Source of the DNA: an uncultured delta proteobacterium
Lineage (GTDB): Bacteria > Desulfobacterota > Binatia > DP-6
DNA length: 64,000 nt
Assembly (NCBI GenBank): GCA_963815115.1
Contig: CAWFFN010000009.1
Coordinates: 1,600,001-1,664,000 of the forward strand
Reading direction: 5' to 3'
Positions 1-9,319 of the stretch are shown piece by piece (the first letter of the stretch is position 1; every line of letters starts with the position of its first letter). The notes under the pieces are model-generated. The model had not been told where the DNA came from, searched no databases, and worked only from the letters and a program-made list of their open reading frames with translations. The position numbers were made by a program, and so were the translations under genes.

Positions 1-520
1 CGAGGCCCGAGAAGGGCTCGTCACACAGCAGCACGGCGGGGCTGCGGATGATGGCGCGGGCGAGGGCCACGCGCTTCACCATGCCGCCGGAGAGCTCCCC
101 CGGCAGCAGCCCGTCGACGTCGCGCAGGCCCACCGCGTCGAGCCGGTCGTGCACCTCGTCGGCGATCGCCCGCTCGTCGAGGTCGGTGTGCTCGCGCAGC
201 GGGAAGGCGACGTTCTCGAAGACGGTCATGGAGTCGAGAAGGGCGCCACCCTGGAAGAGCATGCCGACCTTCCGCCGGATGCGGAAGAGCTCGCGCTCGG
301 AGCACCGGGTGACGTCCTCGCCATCGACGACGATCCGCCCGACCTGGGGGCGGATCAGCCCGGCGATCAGCCTGAGCAGCGTGCTCTTGCCGCAGCCGCT
401 GCCTCCCAGCACCATGGAGATCCCCCCGACGGGAAAAACACAGGAGAGGTCCGTGAACACCGGCCGATCGCCGAATGCCATGGACACCTGCGAGAGCTCG
501 ACGTGAGCGCCGGACTGCAT
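1..520 (-). CDS. mlaF: ABC transporter ATP-binding protein, MlaF/Mkl-like (3' end outside the window)
   Basis: Manual translation (absent from the ORF track): MQSGAHVELSQVSMAFGDRPVFTDLS...Walker A GGSGCGKST, GMLFQGGALLDSMTVFENVAFPLREH, signature LSGGMVKRVALARA, Walker B LLCDEPFSGL. Confidence 0.85.
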   Translation of the reverse strand, partial: MQSGAHVELSQVSMAFGDRPVFTDLSCVFPVGGISMVLGGSGCGKSTLLRLIAGLIRPQVGRIVVDGEDVTRCSERELFRIRRKVGMLFQGGALLDSMTVFENVAFPLREHTDLDERAIADEVHDRLDAVGLRDVDGLLPGELSGGMVKRVALARAIIRSPAVLLCDEPFSGL

Positions 521-671
521 GCGTGACGGTGCACCTTAGCAAGATCGGGTGCTGGCGCCAGCGCCGAACCGGACCGGCAGGAAAACGCGCGCGCCGCGAG
601 CCGCCCGCGCGGGAGCCAGGTCCCGAGCGCCGAGACGCCGGGGACTCTGGGTTAGGGTTCGCTTCGGTACG

Positions 672-696
672 CGACGGCATCACGCGCGTGCCGTCG
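672..696 (-). terminator. Stem-loop downstream of the MFS gene
   Basis: CGACGGCA-N9-TGCCGTCG perfect 8-bp inverted repeat about 10 nt after the MFS stop; no clear U-tract. Confidence 0.35.
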
Positions 697-706
697 ATGA
701 CCGGCG

Positions 707-2077
707 TCAGGCCGCGTTGGCGGCCGGGGTGGGGAGCCGGCGGGCGAGCGCCAGCGTCGCGAGCGCGGCTCCCAGCATGATCCCGAACGCCACGGCGAAT
801 CCCGTCCGAGGCGCCAGGCTTCCGCTCTCGACCAGGGCGACCGCGGCTCCGCCGAGACCTGCGCCGAGCGCCACGCCGAGTACGTTCGCGAGCTGCATCG
901 CGGCCGAGGCCGCACCCTCCGAACCGGCGCGCGCCTGCTCGATGACGGTCAGACTGATCGTGCTGTGGGCGAGGCCCATGCCGAGACCGACCACGGACCA
1001 GCTGGCGGCCGCCAGCAGCACCGGCGCGTCCTCTCGCGACGCCAGCAGGACGAGGACGATGCCGCACGCGATCAGGGCTGCGCCCGCGCCGACGAGCGAG
1101 CTGCGAGACCCCCGCTTCGCCGCCCGCGCCTGCACCCACGCGCCCGCCGTCCAGGTGAGGGAGGCCCCGCTGAGCGCGAGGCCGGCCACGGTCCCCGACT
1201 GCCCGCGGAACACGGTCAGGAAGAGTGGCAGCAGGGTCTCCGCCCCGAAGAAGGCGACGCTGACGACTCCCATCGAGGCGATCGCCGCCGGCAGACCCGG
1301 CCGGGCGCGCAGCGTGCCGTCGGGCAGGAGGTGTCGGAGCCCGGGAAGCACCGCCATGGTCCCGACGATCAGCAACCCCGCAGCCGGCAGGGCGCGGGCG
1401 TTCAACGCCAGGAGCACGAGCGCACTGCCTGCGGCGAGGAGCAGGGCGAAGCCGAGCGGCGCCGCGTCGCCGGGCTCGCCACGCGTGTCCTCTGGCCGCC
1501 CGAGTCGGCGGAGGGCGGGCAGGGTGAGCACGGCGCAGAGGAGGACGATCGGGGTCAGCCCGATGAACACGAGCCGCCAGCTCGCGTGGTCCGCGACGAA
1601 CCCCCCGATCCCCGGACCCACGAGACCGGGCACCACCCACGCGCTCGAGATCAGGGCGAGCATCCGGGGCCGGCGTTCCGCAGGGTAGCAGCGTGCCACG
1701 CTGGCGTAGATGACCGCCGAGAGCCCGCCCCCGCCGAGCCCTTGCACCGCGCGCGCCGCGATCAGCCATTCCATCGATGCCGCGGTCCCGCCCCCGAGGA
1801 GGCCGAGCGCGAAGAGCGGCAGGCCGACCGCGAAGGCGTCACCGGGCCCGCGACGGTCGGTGATCCGGCCCGAGAGGGTGATGCCGACGACGCTCGCCAG
1901 CATGAACGCGCTGAAGGCCCAGCCGTAGATCGCGAGCCCGCCGAGGTCCCGGACGGCGATCGGCATGACCGTCGTCACGGCGAGGCCGTCGAAGGCGATG
2001 CAGGCGACCGTCAGGAGCAACCCGGCGGTGAGTGGCCTGTCCGACGGTCCCGCCGGGGCCGCGGGAGCGCTCGTCAC
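707..2077 (-). CDS. MFS transporter (DHA2-like efflux)
   Basis: C-terminal part of ORF 707..2560, probable GTG start at 2077; many hydrophobic helices, motif A GRITDRRGP, ARAVQGLGGG. Confidence 0.9.
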   Translation of the reverse strand: MTSAPAAPAGPSDRPLTAGLLLTVACIAFDGLAVTTVMPIAVRDLGGLAIYGWAFSAFMLASVVGITLSGRITDRRGPGDAFAVGLPLFALGLLGGGTAASMEWLIAARAVQGLGGGGLSAVIYASVARCYPAERRPRMLALISSAWVVPGLVGPGIGGFVADHASWRLVFIGLTPIVLLCAVLTLPALRRLGRPEDTRGEPGDAAPLGFALLLAAGSALVLLALNARALPAAGLLIVGTMAVLPGLRHLLPDGTLRARPGLPAAIASMGVVSVAFFGAETLLPLFLTVFRGQSGTVAGLALSGASLTWTAGAWVQARAAKRGSRSSLVGAGAALIACGIVLVLLASREDAPVLLAAASWSVVGLGMGLAHSTISLTVIEQARAGSEGAASAAMQLANVLGVALGAGLGGAAVALVESGSLAPRTGFAVAFGIMLGAALATLALARRLPTPAANAA

Positions 2078-2196
2078 CTGACTCGCGTGCTGCACCGTGC
2101 CGCGGCAACCTACACGAGCGGCGGCGCTGTCGTGAGTCCCGTGTCGTCGTGGCGTGGCGGACCCAGCGCGCCGCGGCCGGGTCCGGAACGCGGCCT

Positions 2197-2697
2197 CTAG
2201 AACTGCACCTTGCCGCTGAACGAGCCGTCCAGGGAGACCGGTCCGTTCGGGTTGTCGCCCACGGGCTGCGCCGTCCCGGAGAACGACCCCGTCACGCGCG
2301 TACCGTCGAACGACTCGATCGTGACCTGCATCTCGCCGCTGTTCGCGAGCCAGCTCTTGATCGAGACGTGCCGGCCCGTCTTGGTCTCCAGGTAGCTGCC
2401 GCTGCACTGGGGGGCCGGCGCCGGCACGGCGAAGTTGGGGAGATAGATCGGGCACCCGAACCCGATGGTCCGCGCGACCCTTCCGGGGAGCACCGCCTTG
2501 GTGCCGATCACGATGAGACCGCTCAGGTCGTTGCTGATGGGCACCAGCCTGCCGCTCCACCTGAACGGCTTGCCGTTCACCGTGGCGGCGATGGTGTTCC
2601 TCTTCCTGCGTGCGGCCCCGGCGGGCGCGGGGATGCTCGCGGTCAGCACGCCCGCGAGGGCGATCATGGCCATCATCCTCGTCACGATCCTCGTCAT
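2197..2697 (-). CDS. Hypothetical secreted protein, 166 aa, beta-rich
   Basis: Signal peptide (ALAGVLTASIPAPAGA), AGGAGG RBS, C-terminus VTGSFSGT...DGSFSGKVQF. Confidence 0.7.
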   Translation of the reverse strand: MTRIVTRMMAMIALAGVLTASIPAPAGAARRKRNTIAATVNGKPFRWSGRLVPISNDLSGLIVIGTKAVLPGRVARTIGFGCPIYLPNFAVPAPAPQCSGSYLETKTGRHVSIKSWLANSGEMQVTIESFDGTRVTGSFSGTAQPVGDNPNGPVSLDGSFSGKVQF

Positions 2698-2718
2698 GAA
2701 CCCTCCTGTGTCCGTGGG

Positions 2719-2747
2719 GAGATGCCCGGCGCGTCGGACCAGGTCAA
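2719..2747 (-). promoter_or_regulatory. Putative sigma70-type promoter TTGACC-N17-CATCTC
   Basis: Directly upstream of the RBS of the 2197..2697 gene; the same hexamers recur at 36215..36244. Confidence 0.35.
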
Positions 2748-5491
2748 GGTTTTCTGCCGGAGGACGGCGGGAGATGCTGGGATTTCGCGCGGGGGAGCGC
2801 GGTCACGATCCGATTGAGAGCGTCGGGCTCGACCGGCTTCGTGACGTGATGGTCGAATCCGGCGGTCCTCGTCCGCTCCCGGTCTTCCTCCTGGCCGTAT
2901 CCGGTCAGTGCCACCAGGAGGATGTGTTGCAGGCGCGCATCCTGCCGCACGCGGCGGGCGACCTCGTACCCGTCGATGCCCGGGAGACCGATGTCGACGA
3001 GCATGACGTCGGGCGGGGAGGTCCGCGCGAGATCGAGCGCGGTGGCTCCATCGTGGACCGTCCGGACCCGGTGTCCGAGCATCTCCAGCAGCATCGTCAA
3101 GGCCTCGGCGCCGTCCCGGTTGTCCTCCACGACCAGCACGCGCCGGTCACCTCGCTCTGCCGAGCGCTCCTCGGAAGCCGGGGCGGCGGTGCGCTCGACG
3201 CCGGGCGGGAGAACCGGAAGTCGCACGACGAACTCCGCACCCTTTCTGGGCCCGTCGCTCCGGGCCTCGACCCGGCCGCCGTGGAGCTCGACGAGCTGCC
3301 GCACGACGGTGAGCCCGATGCCCAGTCCGCCGTGGGCTCGGGCAACGCCGGGATCCGCCTGCGCGAAGAGGTCGAAGACATGCGGCAGGTGCTCGGGCGC
3401 GATCCCGACACCATTGTCCCGGACGCGCAGCACTGCGTCCCTCCCGTCCCGGGCGACCGTGATCTCGATGCGGCCGCCCGGCGCGGTGTACTTGGCTGCG
3501 TTCGAGATCAGATTCACCACCACCTGCTCGAGCCTCGTCGCGTCCCCTTCGACCTCCAGGCCGTCGGGCGCCGGTGAGAGCGAGAGATGGTGCGCGCGAT
3601 CCTCGACGAGCTGCTGCGTGCTTTCGACGGCTCGCTCGACGATGCTGGCGAAGCGCAGGCGCTGGGTGCGCAGCGTGATCTTCCCATGCGTGATCCGCGC
3701 AACGTCGATCAGGTCGTCGATGAGTTGCGCGAGCTGGTCCGTGCCACGGCGAACGATGTGGAGCGCGCGCTCTCGGCGCGCCGGGTCGAGCGACGCGGCG
3801 ACGGCCGCATTGCGCACTGCCGCCAGCGGATTGCGCAGCTCGTGCCCGAGCATCGCGAGGAACTCGTCCTTCGCCCGATTGGCGGCCTCCGCGTCGCGCC
3901 GCGAGCGACGTTCGGCGTCGTAGAGACGCGCGTTGTCGATCGCGATCGCGGCCTGGGCGGCGAACCCCACGACGACACGCTCCGCGTCCTCGGTGAACAC
4001 CCCGGGCTCGGGATGGCCGAGGAACAGGCCCCCGAACACCTCGCCGGAACGACCGACGAGCGGTACCGCGAGATAGCTCGTCACCGGAAGGTGACCCCGC
4101 GGCATCCCGTGGTGCGGAGGGTTCTTGCCGTAGCGCGGGTCCTTCCTGACGTCGTCGAGCCGCACCACGCGTTCTCCCGCGAACGTCGTCGCGAACAGGG
4201 CGGTGTTGCGCGGCATCCCGAGCTTCTCGAACGCTTCGCGCGGCGCCCCGGAGAGCGCGTAGAGCAGATAGTGGCCGCCTTGATCGTCGATGGCGTTGTA
4301 GAAGAACGCGCCGAACTTCGCGTGGGTCAGGCTCGTGGCGGCGTCGGTGATGGCCTGGAGCAGCTTCTGGGGGTCCAGCTCCGCGGAGAGCGCCTGGCCG
4401 ATCTGGTTGAGGGTGGCGACCATCGCGCGGCTGTGAAGAAGCGCCTCTTCGGACCGCTTCCGTTCCGTCACGTCGCGCGCGATCTTCGAGACCCCCACCA
4501 CGTCGCCGGACGCATCCCGGATCGGTGAGAGCGTCAGCGAGACGTGGATGCGCCGTCCGTCCTTGCACACGCGCCGGGTCTCGAAGTGCTCGATCCGCTC
4601 GCCGCGACGGAGCGCCGCGAGGGTCGTCTCGAGCTCGTCCGCGCCGTCGGCGGGGAGAAGACGCGCGATCGGGTGCCCGATCATCTCCTCGGGCGCGTAG
4701 CCGAAGAGGTGCTCGGCAGCGCGGTTCCAGCTCGTGACGACGCCGTCCAGGGTCTGGCTGATGATGGCATCGTTGGACGACTCCACGATGGCCGCGAGGC
4801 GCGTCCGCTCCGCGATCTCGGCGTCGAGCGCGCTGGCCCTCTGCTGGAGCCGGACGATCTCGCGCAGCCGCTCGTCCGTGCTGTCCAGCGCCGTATAGCT
4901 CTCGGCGGGGATCACGTGGGAGTGCGCTCCACAGATCTCGAGTACGCGAGAGCCGTCGCCGCCGTCGTGGAGGGTGGTCAACGGGTAGGCGCACAGGAGC
5001 GACAGCGGCAGGCTGGCGACGAGGTGGTTCCAGAGCTCCTCGAGGCGGAGGGCTGCGTCCGTCCTCCCCTCTGCCCATAGCAGCGCCACCATCTCTCCGA
5101 AGGCACGGACGCGAGCATGGCGCTCCGCGGCTCGCTCGACCACCTCTCCGACGACGTCGGCGAAGCGCGTCACATCCGGCGCCTCGTCGACCATGACCTT
5201 CGCCAGGGTCTCGGCGGCGTCCAGCTCGACGTAGCGGCCTTGCTCGCGGGCGACTGCCAGCTGCACCCCGCGCGCAGCGATGCTCTCCCGGAGACCCTCG
5301 AGATGCGGCCTCGTCGCGATGACGACGGCCGCCTCGCCAGCTCCGAGGCCGGCACCGATGAATCGTGCCGCCTCCGCCAGAAGGAAGGAGTCGCGCTCGT
5401 AGAACTGAACCAGATGCGTGCGGCGGTCGACGTCGGGCGCGCTCGAGCCCGCAATGCCCGTCGCAGGTTCCGAGACCGGACCGGTACTCAT
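2744..5491 (-). CDS. Hybrid sensor histidine kinase (MEDS-PAS-GAF-HisKA-HATPase-REC)
   Basis: MEDS HLVQFY...RAFGEMVALLW...LEELWN...LLCAYP; PAS SWNRAAEHLFGY; GAF; H-box FLAMLGHELRNPL; G-boxes DNGVGI and GGLGIGL; C-terminal receiver PDVMLVDIGLPGIDG. Probable start MSTGP at 5491 (ORF extends to 5545). Confidence 0.93.
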   Translation of the reverse strand: MSTGPVSEPATGIAGSSAPDVDRRTHLVQFYERDSFLLAEAARFIGAGLGAGEAAVVIATRPHLEGLRESIAARGVQLAVAREQGRYVELDAAETLAKVMVDEAPDVTRFADVVGEVVERAAERHARVRAFGEMVALLWAEGRTDAALRLEELWNHLVASLPLSLLCAYPLTTLHDGGDGSRVLEICGAHSHVIPAESYTALDSTDERLREIVRLQQRASALDAEIAERTRLAAIVESSNDAIISQTLDGVVTSWNRAAEHLFGYAPEEMIGHPIARLLPADGADELETTLAALRRGERIEHFETRRVCKDGRRIHVSLTLSPIRDASGDVVGVSKIARDVTERKRSEEALLHSRAMVATLNQIGQALSAELDPQKLLQAITDAATSLTHAKFGAFFYNAIDDQGGHYLLYALSGAPREAFEKLGMPRNTALFATTFAGERVVRLDDVRKDPRYGKNPPHHGMPRGHLPVTSYLAVPLVGRSGEVFGGLFLGHPEPGVFTEDAERVVVGFAAQAAIAIDNARLYDAERRSRRDAEAANRAKDEFLAMLGHELRNPLAAVRNAAVAASLDPARRERALHIVRRGTDQLAQLIDDLIDVARITHGKITLRTQRLRFASIVERAVESTQQLVEDRAHHLSLSPAPDGLEVEGDATRLEQVVVNLISNAAKYTAPGGRIEITVARDGRDAVLRVRDNGVGIAPEHLPHVFDLFAQADPGVARAHGGLGIGLTVVRQLVELHGGRVEARSDGPRKGAEFVVRLPVLPPGVERTAAPASEERSAERGDRRVLVVEDNRDGAEALTMLLEMLGHRVRTVHDGATALDLARTSPPDVMLVDIGLPGIDGYEVARRVRQDARLQHILLVALTGYGQEEDRERTRTAGFDHHVTKPVEPDALNRIVTALPRAKSQHLPPSSGRKP

Positions 5492-5690
5492 GGAGTGTCC
5501 CTCGGTGAGCGGAACCCGGATACCCGTTCGGTCCGAGGCTGACAAGGCTCATCAATGCGCCGTTGCCGGCCCGCACGCAACGCGTCGAGGGTCCCGGCCC
5601 GGATCGCGGGGAGGCGCGGCGAGCGACGTCGGAGAAGGACGAGCTCGCCGCGTAGCTTAGGACGGCTTGGCAGCGAGTGCCTCTTTTTCC

Positions 5691-5720
5691 TTGACAGTCG
5701 GCGATCTGGGCGAGTAGTCA
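5691..5720 (+). promoter_or_regulatory. Putative sigma70 promoter of the CREF-protein operon
   Basis: Perfect TTGACA at 5691, 18-nt spacer, TAGTCA at 5715, preceded by a T-tract, 55 nt before the ATG at 5775. Confidence 0.45.
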
Positions 5721-5774
5721 CACCGGCTACGAAGATCCGGGGCCAGCAGGCCCAGGCATACGAAAGGCAGGCAA

Positions 5775-6464
5775 ATGCGATCCCCGTGCACTACTCGACG
5801 ACGTCACGGCGCCCGGCGCGGGACGCGGGCGTTGCGCGCGGGCGGCGCGCTGATCGTGGCTCTTGCGCTTGCGGCCGGGATGCGCGCGTCGCCGGCGCTG
5901 GCGCAGTGTTCGGACACCGACGCCGACGGCGTGTGTGACGACGTCGACAACTGTCCGGCACTCGCGAACCCGGATCAGGCCGATCTCGACGGCGACGACG
6001 TCGGGGACGCGTGCGATCCGAGCGACGCCGAGCTGAACGTCACCAAGCTCGAGATGGCGCGCGACTCGAGCGCCAACAACGACTCGAGCCTGTACCGCGC
6101 GAAGGGCGACTTCTTCACGAACCCGCCCACCGACACGCTGACCGCCGTCGCCGGCCTCACGGTGCACGTCGCGGACGCCCTCGGGACGGACTCGACGCAG
6201 GTGTGGACGCCCGCGGACTGCGCGAAATCGGCGCCCGGAAAGATCATCTGCGTCAGTGCCGACAGGAACGCCAAGCTCTCCGCCAAGGCCATCAAGGCCA
6301 CGCCGGCGGTGTTCAAGTTCACGCTGAAGGTCCGCCGCGTGGGGTTCACGGGGCCGTTCGACGGGCCGGTCCAGGTGACGCTGAGCAACGGCGCCATCGA
6401 CCGCTTCGGCATCATCATGGACTGCCGGGTGAGCAACAAGGGGCTCACCTGCCGCGAGTTCTGA
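5775..6464 (+). CDS. Secreted thrombospondin type-3 repeat protein with CREF C-terminal domain (paralog 1)
   Basis: Signal peptide ending ASPALA-Q; TSP3 repeat DTDADGVCDDVDNCPALANPDQADLDGDDVGDACD; ends LTCREF. Confidence 0.85.
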   Translation: MRSPCTTRRRHGARRGTRALRAGGALIVALALAAGMRASPALAQCSDTDADGVCDDVDNCPALANPDQADLDGDDVGDACDPSDAELNVTKLEMARDSSANNDSSLYRAKGDFFTNPPTDTLTAVAGLTVHVADALGTDSTQVWTPADCAKSAPGKIICVSADRNAKLSAKAIKATPAVFKFTLKVRRVGFTGPFDGPVQVTLSNGAIDRFGIIMDCRVSNKGLTCREF

Positions 6465-6495
6465 GCGCCGTCAGCACGCGGCCTCTGGGGGAGCC

Positions 6496-7266
6496 ATGCG
6501 CAACGAGATCGCACGTCGACTGACCGGCCGCGGCGGAGCACGTCTGGTCGCGGGAGCCGTCCTGCTCGGCAGCTTGCTCGTGATCGCCGCCGTCTCCGTG
6601 GCCATCGCCTGCACCACCGACGCGCAGTGCGATGACGGCGACGCCTGCAACGGCGTCGAGAGCTGCAACACCAGCACCATGATGTGCGAGCCGGGCGTTC
6701 CCGCCGGCCCCGACGCGGACGGCGACGGGATCTGCGACGCCGGCGACAACTGCCCGACCGTCGCCAACCCGGGCCAGGCAAACCTCGACGGCGACGCGCT
6801 CGGCGATGTCTGCGACGATGCCGACGCCACCCTGAGCCCCACCAAGATCACCCTGCGGCGCAACAACGGCGGTCAGGGCGACAAGAGCGCGGCCAAGGGC
6901 AAGGGCTTCTTCGTCACCGCGCCGCCGGGAGACACCTTCAACGGCGCCGCCGGCTTCCAGATCCGCATCCAGGACGGCATCGGCCTCGACGTCACGCGCG
7001 GCTTCAGCGCCGCCGAGTGCGTGGCCGCCGGCACGAAGGTGAAGTGCAAGAGCACGGACAAGTCGCGCAAGGCGTCGCTCAAGGGCCTCGCGGCGACGCC
7101 GCAGGTGATCCAGTTCAGCTACGTGTTCAAGCGACTCGGCCTCGCGGGACCATTCAACGGGCCGGTGTCGGTGACCCTCACGCAGAACGGCAGCGCGATC
7201 GACCGCGCGGGAGTCGCGACGGACTGCCTGATCAAGCTGCTCGGGCTCGCCTGCCGCGAGTTCTAG
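6496..7266 (+). CDS. Secreted thrombospondin type-3 repeat protein with CREF C-terminal domain (paralog 2)
   Basis: GGGGAG RBS; signal peptide; Cys repeat CDDGDACNGVESC; TSP3 DADGDGICDAGDNCPTVANPGQANLDGDALGDVCD; ends LACREF. Confidence 0.85.
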   Translation: MRNEIARRLTGRGGARLVAGAVLLGSLLVIAAVSVAIACTTDAQCDDGDACNGVESCNTSTMMCEPGVPAGPDADGDGICDAGDNCPTVANPGQANLDGDALGDVCDDADATLSPTKITLRRNNGGQGDKSAAKGKGFFVTAPPGDTFNGAAGFQIRIQDGIGLDVTRGFSAAECVAAGTKVKCKSTDKSRKASLKGLAATPQVIQFSYVFKRLGLAGPFNGPVSVTLTQNGSAIDRAGVATDCLIKLLGLACREF

Positions 7267-7290
7267 CCGTCGTCGACGAAGGAGATCCCC

Positions 7291-9261
7291 ATGCGCGGCA
7301 CTTGCCGGACCGCCCTCGCAGTCGCCCTCGCCGCCCTCGCCCTCGCGGGCGCGAGCCGGCCGGCTTTCGCCACCCACTTCCGCTACAGCCACCTCAGCTG
7401 GTCCGTGGTCAGCGGCAGGACGGTCGAGTTCACCCTGCAGAGCAGCTGGCGGCGCAACGACACGCCGAGCTTCAATCCGTGCGTGAACCCGACCACCAAC
7501 GTCGTCGTTCCGTGCACCGGTGGCGACGGGCTGCCCGCACCGGGCGACATCATCCGTGAGGACATCGGCGACACGCGACTCGATTTCGGCGACGGCAGCC
7601 CCACCGTCGGCTCGGGGACCAGCGGCGGCCTGTTCTATCTCGTCACCTCGGTCGACCCGGCGAACAACTGGCTCTTCGGCCTGGCGCTCGACACGGCCGC
7701 GCTGCCGGTCATCGACACCACGATCCGGCACACCTACGCGGCGGCCGGCACCTACACGGCGTTCATCGCGTCGTGCTGCCGGATCCAGGCCAACGCACCG
7801 CCGAACGCCCACATCAACAATCCCGAGTTCGACTACCAGGTGCAGGCCGTGGTGGAGCTGGGCCAGGACAACGCCTCGGCGACGACGGCGCTGCCGCCGA
7901 TCGTCACCTGCGAGCAGAACAGCGTATGCTCGTTCCTGGTGCCGGCCACCGATCCCGACGGCGACACGCTCACCTTCCGCCTCGCGACGCCGTCCGAGGC
8001 CGACGGCGGGGCCTTCAAGCAGCCCGGCCCCCCGCAGGCGACGAACGGCGCCAGCATCAACCCGACGACGGGGATCTACACCTGGGACACCACCGGCGCC
8101 ACGCTCGGACCGGTGGGGCTGAACACGCTCTACTCGACCCAGGTGGTGATCGAGGAGCGCGACGCGATGAACAACGTCAAGGGCCGCGTCGCCGTCGACT
8201 TCTTCATCCAGCTCGTGCCGCACGTGAACCAGCCGCCCGTGTTCAGCAGCCCGGCCTGCAACTCCACCCTGACCCCGTCCACGGGCGTGCCCTTCTCCTT
8301 CAACGTGCAGGCCTCCGATGCCGACTCGGGCGACGTGGTCACCCTGAACGCCGCCGGCCTGCCCGCGGGCGCCAGCATGACCCCGCCGCTACCGACCACG
8401 GGCAATCCCGTGAGCAGCCTCTTCGGCTGGACGCCGCTGATCTCGCAGGCGGGCAACTACATCGTCACCTTCACGGCCACCGACCAGGCGTTGCAGCAGG
8501 CGCTGTGCTCGATCACCCTGGTGGTCAACTCGCAGTGCGGCGACGGCAATCTCGACCCGGGCGAGCAGTGTGACCCGGGCCCCGACGCCGCCAACGACTG
8601 CTGCACGATCGACTGCCAGTTCGAGACCGACGGGACGTCCTGCGGTGGGTCTCCGGTGTGCGGTGGGCCGAGCTCGTGTGCCTCCGGCGTCTGTACGCCC
8701 GGAGCCGGCGGGACCGACAGCGACGGCGACGGCGTGATCGACTGTCAGGACAACTGCCCGACGATCGCCAACCCGGGCCAGTCGGACATCGACGGGGACG
8801 GCATCGGCGACGTCTGTGACGCCGAGGACGCTCCGCTCACGGTGAACCGGCTCAAGATGAAGGGTAACGCGGCCAAGGGCTCCACGGTCGGCAAGGGCAG
8901 CTTCGTGTCGCTCCTGCCTGCCGATGCGCTCACCTCGGCGCAGGGCATCACCTTCCGCGTGCGCGACCGCCTCGAGTCGGACGTGCAGCACTCCTGGGCG
9001 AGCGCCGAGTGCGCCGTCACGCCGTCGAGCGGCCGCATCAAGTGCCTGAGCGCCGACAAGCGCTTCCGCGCGGACCTGAAGCCGGTGCCGAAGACGCCCA
9101 ACGCCGTGCGCTGGGCGTTCAAGATGAAGAAGCTCTCGCTGGTCGCGCCCTTCAAGTCGCCGATCAGCGTGACGTTGACCTACGGTGCGGGAATCGACCG
9201 CGTCGGGGTCATCCACGACTGCGCGGCGAAGAACGCGTCGATCGTCTGCCGCGAGTTCTGA
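7291..9261 (+). CDS. Large secreted protein: adhesin/Ig-like passenger, Cys-rich repeat, TSP3 repeat and CREF C-terminal domain (paralog 3)
   Basis: AAGGAG RBS; signal peptide (RPAFA-THF); LDFGDG, SCCR, ATDPDGDTLTF and NQPPVF cadherin/Ig-like motifs; CGDGNLDPGEQCD; TSP3; ends IVCREF. Confidence 0.88.
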   Translation: MRGTCRTALAVALAALALAGASRPAFATHFRYSHLSWSVVSGRTVEFTLQSSWRRNDTPSFNPCVNPTTNVVVPCTGGDGLPAPGDIIREDIGDTRLDFGDGSPTVGSGTSGGLFYLVTSVDPANNWLFGLALDTAALPVIDTTIRHTYAAAGTYTAFIASCCRIQANAPPNAHINNPEFDYQVQAVVELGQDNASATTALPPIVTCEQNSVCSFLVPATDPDGDTLTFRLATPSEADGGAFKQPGPPQATNGASINPTTGIYTWDTTGATLGPVGLNTLYSTQVVIEERDAMNNVKGRVAVDFFIQLVPHVNQPPVFSSPACNSTLTPSTGVPFSFNVQASDADSGDVVTLNAAGLPAGASMTPPLPTTGNPVSSLFGWTPLISQAGNYIVTFTATDQALQQALCSITLVVNSQCGDGNLDPGEQCDPGPDAANDCCTIDCQFETDGTSCGGSPVCGGPSSCASGVCTPGAGGTDSDGDGVIDCQDNCPTIANPGQSDIDGDGIGDVCDAEDAPLTVNRLKMKGNAAKGSTVGKGSFVSLLPADALTSAQGITFRVRDRLESDVQHSWASAECAVTPSSGRIKCLSADKRFRADLKPVPKTPNAVRWAFKMKKLSLVAPFKSPISVTLTYGAGIDRVGVIHDCAAKNASIVCREF

Positions 9262-9275
9262 GGGGGACAACCGTC

Positions 9276-9303
9276 GGCCCGGCGTCCTTCGTGGCGCCGG
9301 GTC
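9276..9303. terminator. GC-rich hairpin between convergent genes
   Basis: GGCCCGGCGTC-CTTCGT-GGCGCCGGGTC, between the stops at 9261 (+) and 9320 (-). Confidence 0.45.
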
Positions 9304-9319
9304 GCACGGGCCGATCGGC

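Noticed and set aside
521-706. Possible riboswitch or ncRNA in intergenic regions (also 5545-5775, 25796-25947, 39750-40000)
   Set aside because: Only generic GC-rich hairpins and promoter-like tracts were seen; no recognisable Rfam consensus or tRNA cloverleaf. An Infernal/Rfam scan would be needed to exclude them.
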